From Octopus sinensis (Eukaryota), in assembly GCF_006345805.1 (NCBI RefSeq), contig NC_043001.1:15314001-15378000 (forward strand): a DNA stretch of 64,000 bases. The letters are read 5' to 3'. Numbering within the stretch: position 1 is the stretch's first letter; each line of letters starts with the position of its first letter. The position numbers and the translations under genes were made by a program. The notes under the pieces are model-generated. The model was not told the DNA's origin. It did not search any database and was given only the letters and a program-made list of their open reading frames with translations. Shown piece after piece: positions 11,471-24,034 of the stretch.

Positions 11471-11796
11471 TCTCTATATATATAAACGGCAAAATGTCTG
11501 TGTGCGTGTCCTTTATACAAATCCACAGTTTTTCAGTTAGAGGGCTCGCACTTTCTATGATCATTCAAAACCGTCCATGGGTGGTCGTGCACATCTTTAC
11601 ATTTCCCCAGTCACCCCGCAAAGCCATTAAAAAAATCAATAGAAGTGATTATTTTGTAAATTTTCTATCCAAAACCCAATCAAAATGCCTGAAACTTGAT
11701 ACGCCAATTGAATGCCAGCTAACTGTATGTGATTGGTCAGAGATTTGGACAGTACTTGCATGTGCGTGTGCATGCAGCTGTATATGCATGCACTAG
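11471..11796 (+). mobile_element. Probable non-autonomous Helitron (second family)
   Basis: Begins A|TCTCTATATATATAAACGGC; ends near CTAG (11793-11796), but without a clean hairpin or flanking T. Confidence 0.5.
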
Positions 11797-12579
11797 CACA
11801 AGATAATGTAACTCCATACAAACCCTGCATCCTGATAACTGTTGGGCTTGTGGCACTTGTTGCACCAGACGATACATGTTGGGAGGATAAGAAGGTGGGA
11901 CTAGTTCTGCACGGACCATTCCCATTATAATAACAAACCCCAGCTACCTTGTGGGATAAATTATTGGGTGCTGTCATGGACTTTTACAATGATGAAAGCA
12001 GCACTAATCTGGCAAGACCCTGCCTTCTAGATATCAATAGCACTTCAACAGAGGATGTAGCCACCTACTAGAAGAGCATGATTACTGCTGCCTCTACAAT
12101 ACTTTCTGTGTGCCATCATGTGAGAGGGAAATATTTTCCTTGTATATTCCCTCTTTGGTGTGGTTTCTTGGGCTCTTTTTACTGTGGCACCACCACTAGA
12201 AAGGTTAAGTCTGTAACAGGATCAGAGTGTCCCCTCTACCCTGTATTGTCTCTCTTCATTTACCAACTCCTTAATGGTGTGCATTAAGAGCATTTAGCAA
12301 ACCACAAACACTTGAGAGGCTGCCTTGCCCCCTGAAAGATTAAAGAACCTTCTCTAAATCATTCTTTCAAAGCAAACACCCGACCAGTGGTGAAGATAAG
12401 AGGGAATGATAATCAAGAGAGTGAAAGAGAGAGTGTGAGAGTGACAAAGAAAAGAATGATGAGAATAAAAGAAGCGTAAGAGAGTGAGTAACGAGATATA
12501 GTGACAGTTATGTGTTGGTAAGAGACCGATAGTAATGAATAGCAAGATAGATGATAAGTATAAGTGGTAGATATCAATG

Positions 12580-12795
12580 TATATTTCTTTATTGCCCACA
12601 GGGGGCTAAACACAGAGGGGACAAACAAGGACAGACAAAGGGATTAAGTCGATTACATTGACCCCAGTGCATAACTGGTACTTATTTAATCGATCCTGAA
12701 AGGATGAAAGGCAAAGTCGACCACGGCGGAATTTGAACTCAGAACGTAACGGCAGACGTAATACCGCTAAGCATTTCGCCCGGTGTGCTAACGAG
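12580..12795 (-). mobile_element. Family C SINE
   Basis: Matches 6050-6268 and 42305-42725. Confidence 0.85.
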
Positions 12796-13659
12796 AGTAA
12801 CATGAGGCAGAAGTCATATTCTTTGGACCCTTATTTCACTCCCTACAACCATAACCTTTATCATTCTGATTCCTTCTTCCTTCACAAAATCTATGTATAA
12901 AGGATTGCATCAAACTGATATTCTATCGTCATCCTTTCTCTTTTTGGCTGCTTATTACTGACATCCATCGCAGTTCACCTCCATTATAATGCATCACACT
13001 CTCTCCTCCTCCTCTATCCTCTCACCTGAGTAACCCTCATCCTACCATAATACTCTTGCTTGCCTTCACTCACCCATCTCAGTTCTTCTTAGGTTCGCCA
13101 CTCTCACCTCTGTTCAAATGAGAAAAAAGAGCTCTCCCCATGGAATATAAAAGGACAAGATAACCCCATTAATGCTGGAGTAACAATAAAATATACCCAC
13201 TACACTCTGTGAAGTGGTTGGCGAATGAGTGAAGATGATGTACAGAATGAGGGGAAACCATTGGCCTTGTTGAGTATATGACAATCTCTCTTATGGCAGC
13301 TGTCCCCTCCCATAGTTTAAAGCCTGTCATACAGAGACAGACAGACACACATTTATGAGTGTATGTGTGTTTGTGTGTCCTCGTTTTGGCCTCAAGTGCT
13401 GATAGTTAAAGTCATCATTCAGTCATTAGTTAAAGTCATTTGCTATTAATCTTCCATGAAAAACATGTCCAACTACTGAGCTGCTTTTGTTGAAAGAACT
13501 GGAAGAAATAATACTTTGCTTGAAATTAATTGAAGGTCGGCAACAGGAAGAGCATCCAGCTACAGGAGAATCTGTGGCAACAAATCTCATCTGACCCATG
13601 TAGGCATGGAAATGTGAATGTTCAAATGATCATTTTATTTATATATATATATATATATA

Positions 13660-14045
13660 AGTTGTCGAAGAGAGAGACCCAGGAAGACATGCAATGAAGT
13701 AGTGAAGGCTGGTCTTAAGGCACTGAGCTTTATGAAGATGACAAAGGACCGAGATATCTGATGCCTTGCTGTACTCAAGGAGACCCATCCATCACAGCAG
13801 AATTGATACTGGTGCCACATAAGAAGCACTCATGTTAGTGCCATGGTAGAGGCACTGGTTCTGGTGCCACTTAAAAAGCACCTGGCACACTCTGTGGAGT
13901 GGTTGGTGTTGGGAAGGGCATCCAGTCGTAAGGAACCATGCCAGAACAGACAATGGAGCCAAGTGTGGTCCCTGGTTTACCAGCTCCAGTCAACTTGTTC
14001 AACCTGTGCCAGCATAGAAAATGGATGCTAAATGATGATGCTGAT
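13660..14045 (+). mobile_element. Older 5'-truncated RTE LINE (ORF end plus 3' UTR)
   Basis: Degenerate RPRKT.NEVVK..LKAL..MTKDRDI followed by ggaagggcatccag and an (ATG)n tail; 5' end abuts (TA)n. Confidence 0.7.
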
Positions 14046-14436
14046 GAGTGGCTGTGTGATAAATAGCTTGCTAACCAACCACATGGTTCTGGGTTCAGAC
14101 TTGCTGCATGGCACCTCGGGCAAGTGTCTTCTACTATAACCTCGGGCCAACCAAAGCCTTGTGAGTGGGTTTGGTAGACGGAAACTGAAAGAAGCCTGTT
14201 GCATATATATGTATGTGTGTGTATATGTTTGCGTTTCTGTGTTTGTCCCACCAACATTGCTTGACAACTGATGCTGGTGTGTTTACGTCCCCGTAACTTA
14301 GCTGTTCGAATAAGAGACTGATCGAATAAGTACTAGGCTTACAAAGAATAAGACCTGGGGTCGATTTGCTCGACTAAAGGCGGTGCTCCAGCATGGCCAC
14401 AGTCAAATGACTGAAACAAGTAAAAGAGTAAAAGAG
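14046..14436 (+). mobile_element. Family A SINE
   Basis: Near full-length copy directly after the RTE tail. Confidence 0.88.
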
Positions 14437-15134
14437 TATATACAAACATAAAAATCTCTCACATATATATAAACACACACACACACACACACACGTATAT
14501 ATTCTATGTAGTCTTTGGTTATGGCCTGTTAGAAAGTTACCATTGATTTCACATCTACTATTGCTCTTTGCAATACAGGCAACCCACATACATACATTTA
14601 TAAAATTCTGTTTCACTACTGTGTGTGCGTGTGTGATGCGCGTCCACCTCATGCCAGTAAGGAACCTGGACACTGGATGATGATATATCTAAATGCTTTT
14701 TTTGCTAAGTTTTAAACTAAAATATAATTTCAAGCAAATCTTTACATGTATTGCTAAATTCTTCAACACCTGAACACTATAAAATATAATGCAAAACCGT
14801 TTCATATCAAGCATTTTGATCTTTGCTTCAAGTGAACGGAAAGTTTTGATTTACAAGCTCTGTGGCCTTTTTAACAAGCAGATATTCAAACAAATAGTTA
14901 AGCACACCTAACTTTGCTGGGAACATAAATAAATAATGTAAAGATTCAAAACTATCCATCCTTTCTCCATACTGGGGGGAGGGGGGAGAAGAAAAAAAAA
15001 AGAAAAATAGTATAAACAAACATAGCTCTAAAACACATATCAAATATAAACAAGTCAGTTTGTAGAGAGACTTGAATTTTTGAGACCTCACTTTGATATC
15101 AATAGGGACCTGGTATTTAAACAGAGTGACACAT

Positions 15135-15310
15135 TCATGATTGACCACTTCCTGTGTGTATGTATATATGTATATATATATATATATAGATATGTGTGTG
15201 TGCATATGTATATATGTGTGTGTGTGTATATATATATACATATATATATGTATATATATTATATATATATCTATGTATATATATATATATTATATATGGT
15301 CACACACATT
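15135..15310. repeat. (TA)n/(TG)n compound microsatellite
   Basis: Visible dinucleotide tract. Confidence 0.95.
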
Positions 15311-15940
15311 TACATTCAAGTTAAATACAAATAAATACACACTGAATTTCTATTTTCTTTTTTTTGCCTATTTTATTTCTTTTCATTTATCTCTGGATGG
15401 AGAAGATTTAGTTACAATAAAAGAATATTTTCTCAACAGCTGTATTTGAAGCAGAAGAAAATCTGCCATCATTAAATACTACTAATGTCATGAATAGACA
15501 TTTTTCTCAAATTCTTTAAACTGTTTGCTTTTCAGTATGAAAAGAATATGGTCATCGCAAGTTTTATTTATTCCTATCAAGTGTTACTATCAAAAGATCA
15601 ACAAATGCCAATTTTGTCCAATCTTGGTGGCACCATCAATATGAGAAGCTCTTAGCAGCTTTATTAAGAATTTCAAATAAAAGACATACCAAAAAAACAA
15701 AGAAAAAATAAAGAAAGGAAAAATACATTATCATCTCTTTTTGGCCACCAGAAAGAAAAGCAGCTGCAATGAGAACTAATATAGTAGTATCACCTGATAC
15801 TTTAGATCAATGATGACAACTTAGTATTTGATGTGTCAGAGTAGTGTCCACCATACACACACAATCACACATATATATAGACAGATAGATAAAGAGAAGT
15901 AGGAGGCTAGAATACAATACTTTCCATTACTAAACATTAA

Positions 15941-16163
15941 CACTTTTGTTACCATATCTATTCTGAGATGCTCTGTGTTTCTTTCAATTGATTTTAAATA
16001 TAACAAAAGAATTTAGTAAAATAACTTTGTTATCATTAAGCTAGTGTTAGGAACATAAATTGTGACTAAGGTTTGGTGGAAGATTTTAATTCAGAACTTT
16101 TGAAAACAAGACATTTCTACTACAGAGTCAGAGGTGGTTTCAGCCAGGTTGGTATCGAAAGGG
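15941..16163. mobile_element. piggyBac-type MITE (family D2)
   Basis: TTAA|CACTTTTGTTACC...GGTATCGAAAGGG|TTAA. Confidence 0.8.
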
Positions 16164-16194
16164 TTAAGAATTGTTTCTCTATTATATATTTTAA

Positions 16195-16415
16195 CCCTTT
16201 CTTTACTGTATTTCTGTTGAGTTGTTCTGTGTTTCTTTCAGTTACTTTAAATATAACAAAGAATTTAGTAAAATAACTTAGTTATCGTTAAGCTAGTGTT
16301 AGGAACATAAATTGTGACTAAGCTTTGGTGGAAGATTTTAATTCAGAACTTTTGGAAACAAGACATTTCTACTACAGAGCCAGAGGTAGTTTCAGCTGGG
16401 TTGGTATCAAGAGGA
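16195..16415. mobile_element. piggyBac-type MITE (family D2)
   Basis: TTAA-flanked direct copy 31 bp after the previous one. Confidence 0.8.
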
Positions 16416-16519
16416 TTAAATGTAGCAAAATTATAAATTTTGCCCCCTCTAATTAAAAGAAGTCATTCTTGTGAATCTGAGTAAACAAACTATATCATTA
16501 ATTTTTCTGAACACATTTA

Positions 16520-16825
16520 TCATCATCATCATTTAGCATCTATTGTCCATGCTGACATGGGTTGGACGGTTTGACCAGGGCTGGTAAGCTGAGGGGCTTC
16601 ATTAGACTCTGATCTGATTTGGCATGGTTTCTATGGCTGGATGCCATTCCTAATGTCAACCACTCTGAGAGTGCAATGGGTGCTTTTACATGCCACCATC
16701 ATGGGTGCCAGTTACGTGACACCAGTATCTACCATGACTACAGTTTTATTTGGCTTGATGGGTTTTCTTCTCAAGCACAGCATATTGCCAAAATTCTCAG
16801 TCATTTGTCATTGCCTCTGTGAGGC
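16520..16825 (-). mobile_element. Family B (RTE 3' UTR) copy
   Basis: (CAT)n tail plus family B body. Confidence 0.75.
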
Positions 16826-16888
16826 CCACCGCTCACATGAAAAAAAAATGTGCTATAAACTTGGTTGTTAAATAAGAATTATAAAAAA

Positions 16889-17045
16889 GGTGCAGGAGTG
16901 GCTGTGGTAAGTAGCTTGCTTACCAATCACATTGTTCTGGGTTCAGTCCTACTGCGTGGCACCTTAGGCAAGTATCTTCTACTATAGCCTCGGACTGACC
17001 AAAGCCTTGTGAGTGGTTTGGTAGACAAACTGAAAGAAGCCTGTC

Positions 17046-17106
<61 letters not shown>

Positions 17107-18695
17107 ATGCACCAAGTGTAAGCTATGGACACATAAGAGATGCAGCAATGTCAAAGGAAGGCTAACTAGGAAGATGGTTTTTGTATGTGGCAGATGCTCA
17201 GGAACAATAAACACTGAAATGCTCTGAGACCAACTTCCGTCACTTTCCAGGGAGAAAAACTAGAAATAGTTGATAGTTTCCATTACCTAGGTGACCAAGT
17301 CAGCAGTGGGGGTGGGTGTGCTGAAAGTGTAACTGCTAGAGTAAGAATAGCTTGGGCAAAGTTCAGAGAGCTCTTACCTCTGCTGGTGACAAAAGGCCTC
17401 TCGCACAGAGTGAAAGGCAGACTGTATGATGCGTGTGTACGAACAGCCATGCTACATGGCAGTGAAACATGGGCCGTGACTGCTGAGGATATGCGTAAGC
17501 TCGCTAGAAATGAAGCCAGTATGCTCCGATGGATGTGTAATGCCGGTACTCACACTCGGCAGAGTGTAAGTACCTTGAGAGAAAAGCTGGACCTAAGAAG
17601 CATCAGTTGTGGTGTGCAAGAGAGACGTTTGCGCTGGTATGGTCATGTGGCGAGAATGGATGAAGATAGTTGTGTGAAAAAGTGCCACACCCTAGCGGTT
17701 GAGGGAACCTGTGGAAGAGGCAGACCCAGGAAAACCTGGGACGAGGTGGTGAAGCACGACCTTCGAACTTTAGGTCTCACTGAGGAAATGACTAGAGACC
17801 GAGACCTCTGGAAGTGTGCTGTGCGCAAGAAGACCCGGCAGGACAAGTGAGTCCACAACCCGTGGCCTTCTACATGGGATAGAGCCAGCCTACGTATGCA
17901 TACCTTCCCTTCTTGGGACACAAAACTCTACTTGTGAAGACGTGTTGAGGCAAGTGAGGATCAGAATCGAAATCGATCAATGGAAATTGCGGATGTGCTA
18001 CCAGTGCCGGTGGCATGTCGAAACTCTGCTTGTGAAGACCCATTGAGGCAAGTGAGGATCAGAATCGAAATCGATCAATGGAAATTGCAGATGTGTTACC
18101 AGTGCCGGTGGCATGTAAGAGAACTTTCCGTTCGCGACCGTTGCCAGCACCGCCCCGTTTCGTGTCCGTTGCCAGCCTCGCCTGGCCCTCGTGCCGGTGG
18201 CACATAAAAAGCACCATCCGTTCGTGGCCGTTTGCCAGCTCTGTCTGGCACCAGTGCGGGTGGCACGTAAAAAGCACCCACTACACTCACGGAGTGGTTG
18301 GCGTTAGGAAGGGCATCCAGCCGTAGAAACACTGCCAGATTTGACTGGGCCTGATGAAGCCTTCTGGCTTCACAGACCCCAGTAGAACCGTCCAACCCAT
18401 GCTAGCATGGAAAACGGACGCTAAATGATGATGATGATGATGATATATATACATACATATGTGTGTGTGTATGTATGTGTTTGTGTGTCTGTGTTTGTCC
18501 CCCCAACATCGCTTGACAACCGATGGTGGTGTGTTTACATCCCTGTAACTTAGCGGTTTGGCAAAAAGTGACCAATAGAATATGTACTAGGCTTACAAAG
18601 AATAAGTCCTGGGGTCGATTTGCTCAACTAATGGCAGTGCTCCAGCATGGCCACAGTCAAATGACTGAAACAAGTAAAAGAGATAAAAGAGAGAG
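16889..18695 (+). mobile_element. Family A SINE split by a nested RTE LINE
   Basis: SINE head at 16889-17048, (TA)n, LINE, then the remaining SINE body at 18444-18695. Confidence 0.88.
17104..18443 (+). mobile_element. 5'-truncated RTE-clade LINE (RT C-terminus, 3' UTR, (ATG)n tail)
   Basis: RCTKCKLWTHKRCS..CGRC, then a 1-bp frameshift, then GEKLEIVDSFHYLGD..ARVRIAWAKFREL..LYDACVRTAMLHGSETW..RRLRWYGHVARM..GRGRPRKTWDEVVKHDL..DRDLWK; stop at 17850. Its 3' UTR is the source of family B. Confidence 0.93.
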
Positions 18696-19989
18696 AAAAA
18701 AATAGCAATAGCTGATAGTTCAGTCTGGTTCAGGTTACTAAAGAGAGATATAATGAAATACTTTCTACCACTAGATGTCAGTTGAATCAGCTATGAAAAT
18801 ATGGTTGAAATTAAGTACATAAATAATTTTAAACTGACATTTCCCAGCCTCATTTGCTTAGTTCATCATATTTCTTAGCAAGCAAACACTAAGACATATA
18901 TATATATATACATATACATCATGTGACCAACCAGACTATCAGATGTTGTTACATATCACTGGTCATACATTATGAACCCTTCTTAGTTTCTGTCAAACAA
19001 ATCCATTTACAAAGCTTTGGTTGACATGGGGCAATGGAGTAGAAGACACTTGCCCAAGGTGACATAGAGTGCAACTGAATCCAAGACCTCCTGGCGGGGA
19101 AATAAGCTTCTTAACAGCACGGCCAGGCCTGCACCTATGTGTTTGCTTATCCATCAGATTTGCTTATGGTCAAAGGTTGTTCTTGAATGACAGAATTACA
19201 TTTTTATTAGGCATAACATCTCCAGTGTTTAGAATAACAACAGAAATTGAGAAAACAACTTTCATAACATATTCAATAAATACCTTTTTAATAGATACAT
19301 TTAAAAAATTACATTTTCACAGTCGTATACAGCATATGAATACCTTTCTATTTTGTACATGATTGTTATTGAAAAACATGTCAGTTTAAATAAACAAGTT
19401 ATATTGCTTTTAAGGTACAAAGTTGTTCAACAACAATATACTACTTGTATATAAATTTTTATTAAACCTAAAAGGTTTAATATTTACTTTTGCTGTCTTA
19501 CATCCATGTTCCCATGTTAACACAAGTGGAATGGCTTTTGTTAAGAACAATAATATTTTCAGTTGAATACCCATCCTGCTGCTAACCACTTAAGCAAGAG
19601 GTACAAAAAGAACCTGTTGTCAACTAGGCATATTTGTCCTTTTTTTCCCTCCAAGAGCCTACACAATGGCTACAAGATTTGAGTTTGTTACCAATAACAT
19701 AAAAACATAGCTGTTTTTTTTTTTTTATAAAACTTCAATCATCATCTTAATCATTAAACATCTGCTTTTTCATGCTTATAGGGATCAAATAATTTAAGGC
19801 AGATCTTCCAAGGACAGATGCCCTTCCTGTCACCAACCCTTACCGATGTCCAAGCGCAGTAATATTACCCATAGCTAGACATGTTTTTCACAAAAGACTG
19901 GAAACAAACAACCTTGCTTGTATGATGATGGCGCTCATTTAAAACCATGACATGATGTCAAGACAAGGGTATGTGTATGTTGTTCGTTC

Positions 19990-20310
19990 ATCATCATCGT
20001 TTAACGTCCACTTTCCATGCTAGCATGGGTTGGATGGTTCAACTGGGGTCTGGGAAGCCAGAAGGCTGTGCCAGGCCCAGTCTGATCTGGCAGTGTTTCT
20101 ACAGCTGGATGCCTTTCCTAACGCCAACCACTCCGTGAGTGTAGTGGGTGCTTTTTAGGTGCCACCAGCACAGGTGCCAGACGAGGCTGGCAAATGGCCA
20201 CAATTGGATGGTGCTTTTTACGTGCCACTGGCATGGCGCTGTCAACGGCCACGTTCGGATGGTTCTCTTATGTGCCACCGGCACTGGTATCACAACTACA
20301 ATTTCCATAT
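19990..20310 (-). mobile_element. Family B (RTE 3' UTR) copy
   Basis: (CAT)n tail; 5'-truncated end abuts (TA)n. Confidence 0.85.
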
Positions 20311-20512
20311 ATATATATATATATAGCTGAAATTTATAGAAAAACAAAAGATGAAGACAGGTGTATGAACAACAAGCAAGTGTATTAGTTTGATGCTCAG
20401 GAAATGAAGAAGTATTTTATGTTTTGAGCCTACGCTCTTCAACAGAAAGGAATAAGAGAAAATAAACAGAGAGAGAATGAAAAAAATTGTCTATATATTA
20501 CACACACACACA

Positions 20513-20555
<43 letters not shown>

Positions 20556-21169
20556 CATCATATGACCAACCAGACTATCAGATGGTGTTACATATCACTG
20601 GTCATACATTATGAATCTCTCTCGGTTTCTATCAAACAAATCCATTTACAAAGCTTTGGTTGACATGGGGCAATGCAGTAGAAGACACTTGCCCAAGGTG
20701 ACATGGAGTGCAACTGAATCCAAGACCCCCTGGCTGGGAAATAAGCTTCTTAACAGCACAGCCAGGCCTGCACCTATGTGTTTGCTTATCCATCAGATTT
20801 GCTTATGGTCAAAGGTTGTTCTTGAATGACAAAAATTCTTTATCATATCAGATCAAGCTATATGTAAGGAGCAGTAGAAGCATTATTTTTAATGCCACAC
20901 ATAATAAAGGGAAAATGCCGTACATGCACAGGTTGCTGTACAGGTCAATGTTAGCCTGTGATATATGGGGTACTATCTTTGTCCATCCTGTCTTTAAATA
21001 TATATATTTAGAAATACTTTATTCAATGTGTCTTGCTTTCTTTTTAAAGATGATAGGGTATGACTGGCTGCTATTTCTAATAGGTCCAGTGACCATATAG
21101 AAGTTCCATGCTTTGGCTCATGCATGTGAAGTTGAAGAAAGTGGGATATATGACAGCACCTTATGGCAC

Positions 21170-21547
21170 TCTTTTACTTGCTTCAGTCATTTGACTGCAG
21201 CCATGCTGGAGCACCACCCTTAGTCGAGCAAATCGACCTCAGGACTTATTCTTTGTAAGCCTAGTACTTATTCTATTACTCTCTTTTGCCAACCGCTAAG
21301 TTACAGAGACGTAAACTCACCACCATCGGTTGTCAAGCGATGTTGGGGGGGGGGCAAACACAGACACACAAACATATATATACACACATATATACGACTG
21401 GCTTCTTTCAGTTTCTATCTACCAAATCAACTCACAAGGCTTTGGTTGGCCCGAGGCTATAGTAGAAGATACTTACCCAAGGTGCAACACATTGGGAATG
21501 AACCCGGAACCATGTGGTTGGTAAGCAAGCTACTTACCACACAGCTT
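21170..21547 (-). mobile_element. Family A SINE
   Basis: Reverse-complement copy. Confidence 0.85.
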
Positions 21548-21605
21548 CACAATTCCACAGGTTTTTGCTCAGTATGCTATTGTATATAATTACATATAAT
21601 ATATA

Positions 21606-21998
21606 GGTGCAGATGGGTCTGTGTGGTGAGAAGCTTGCTTCCCAACCACATGGTTCCGGGCTCATTCCTACTGTGTGGCATCTTGGGCAAGTGTCTACTA
21701 TGGCTTCAGACTGACGAAAGCCCTGTCAGTGGATTTGGTAGACGGAAACTGAAAGAAACCCATCATGTGTGTATGTGTGTGTGTTTGTTTGTTTGTTTAT
21801 TTGTTCCCCACTACTACTTCACAAATGGTGTTAGTATGTTTACATCCCCATAAGCAAGCAGTTCTGCAAGAGAGACTGACAGAATAGGAACCAGGCCTAA
21901 ATACAAAAAGGTACAAGGGTTGACTCATTCCACTAGAAATTCCTCAAAGTGGTGCTCCAGCATGGCTGCAGTCTAATGACCAAAACAAGTGAAAGATA
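21606..21998 (+). mobile_element. Family A SINE, older
   Basis: Degenerate full-length copy. Confidence 0.75.
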
Positions 21999-23117
21999 GG
22001 TTTAGCAATCTTAAGTTAACACATAATATATCTCACACACCCCACCCCCACCCCCAGCAGAGTAGCCAGACATTTAACAACTAGTTACTTCAAACAGAAA
22101 ATATGACTGAGATGTACGTTTTACCAAAGGGTACCAGTATAATAAGAAAACCTGGGTCACAGACAGTTTGCTAGATACTAACCGACATATATTACATACC
22201 AATGACATAAGAGCATTCTGTTTAGTTATTTCGTGAATACTATGAATTGGTGAACTGCTTAATAAATCGGTCAATAACTCACAATATCTTAGTGGTTATA
22301 ATAGTAACTATATCTGAACATATTGTAATGTGAATGGCATTACAATAAGTTTAAAATATACTGACCCAGATATGTTTACATTAGTTCATCCTTTATGCAA
22401 TGCTAATATTTAAAAGGACAATGAATGAAAAACTAAAATTAAGTCAGTGTATATGTGTTACTCCTGCTATTAACCCCTTATCCACCAATCACAAGATATC
22501 TTGTAACAACTAAAATGCTTGCTGACAGTCAATCAAAACATATCTTATAATTGTAACCTTCCTTTATAAAACTATCTTATTGGATTATATATTTAGTTAC
22601 CATGGAAATTGCTTACATTAACCAATTAAAAATAATTTTACAATTGTTAATAGTAACTTTCGGCATATATATATTCAATGCACAATCACTAGCTTGTGTG
22701 ATTACATTCTGGTATATTTTTTCCCAAAATGGCACATACTGTAGGTGCAGGAGTGGTTGTGTGGTGAAGAAGTTTGTTGCCAAAATATGTGGTTTTGGGG
22801 TCAGTCCCGCTACATGGCACCATGAGCAGGTGCTTTCTACTTTAACTTCAGGAACTGAACTCAGAATACAACAAGTTTTAATAAATACGGTAAAGAAGTT
22901 CCCATGATGCTTTTGCCAATTCCATGCCTTTCAAAACCTGCCAGGGAGATTATGCTGCATCTTTGGACAAGACATGTGTTCATAAAATGATTATAGACAT
23001 CAAACATCATCAGTCATCATCAATATCATTTCATGCCCACTTTCCATAGTGGAATAGATTGGATCCAGTTTTAGTAAAATAAAGGTTCCAGGTTCCATCA
23101 CAAGTACAGCTCATGCA

Positions 23118-23490
23118 CATCATCATCATCGTTTAACATCTGCTTTCCATGCTAGCATGGGTTGACGATTTGACTGAGGGCTATCGAACCAGATGGCTGC
23201 ACCAGGCTTGATCTGGCAGAGTTTCTACAGCTGGATGCCCTTCCTAATGCCAACCACTCTGAGAATGTAGTGGGTGCTTTTTACATGCCACCGGCACAGG
23301 AGCCAGTCAGGCGGTACTGGCAACAACCTCGCTCAAATCTTTTTACACATGCCACCGGCACAGGTGCCAGTAAGACGATGCTGGTAACAATCATGCTCGA
23401 ATGGTGCCTTTTATGTGCCACCGGCATGGAAGCCAGTTAGCCGCTCTGTCAATGATCACGCTCGGATGGTGCTCTTAGCACCCTACTAGC
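23118..23490 (-). mobile_element. Family B (RTE 3' UTR) copy
   Basis: Tail plus about three gtgccaccggcac modules. Confidence 0.85.
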
Positions 23491-24034
23491 ATATCACCTG
23501 AAAATAATCGTAGGTTATGGTGATTGAAATAGAATATCAACAAACATACCTAGGATGAGTAAATAGTCTGAGAAGCAGAATATGTTATTTTTGAAGGGTA
23601 AAGGAAAGTATTCCAGCATGGCTTAATGTTTGCTTGCTAACAAATATGATGAACCAAGCAAATGAGGCTGGGAAATGTCCATTCTTGTCAACGGAATTTA
23701 TCTTTGGCTCAGCTGACAGACATATTCATCCACTTAGACATTGCTTTTGCACACTGAAACAAGTAAAAAGATAAAAGATCACTGTCATTAGACTGTGGCC
23801 ATCCTGGGGCACTGCCTTGAAGAAATCAATGCTGGCTATAACTTCTGTAGAATGTCAGTAATATTTATGTACCAGCTTCCAGGAATGTGTTTAATATGTT
23901 TAAAATTGGTATATCTCATATTATTACATCCCTAAGCTTAGTGGTTACTAAATTGGGGTTAGATGGGTGCTGATGAAGGAGCGAAAACTCCCGAAATATA
24001 ACATATATGCCCATTGCCCTTTTTTCGTCTTCAA

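Noticed and set aside
11800-12350. GC-richer stretch with short open frames
   Set aside because: No consistent splice-bounded frame; probably an ancient retroelement remnant I cannot classify.
22200-22287. LMSL similarity to the HSF2BP ARM region (LMLMSL)
   Set aside because: Lies upstream of the coiled-coil exon on the minus strand (wrong order), and the boundary does not match the recalled intron position.
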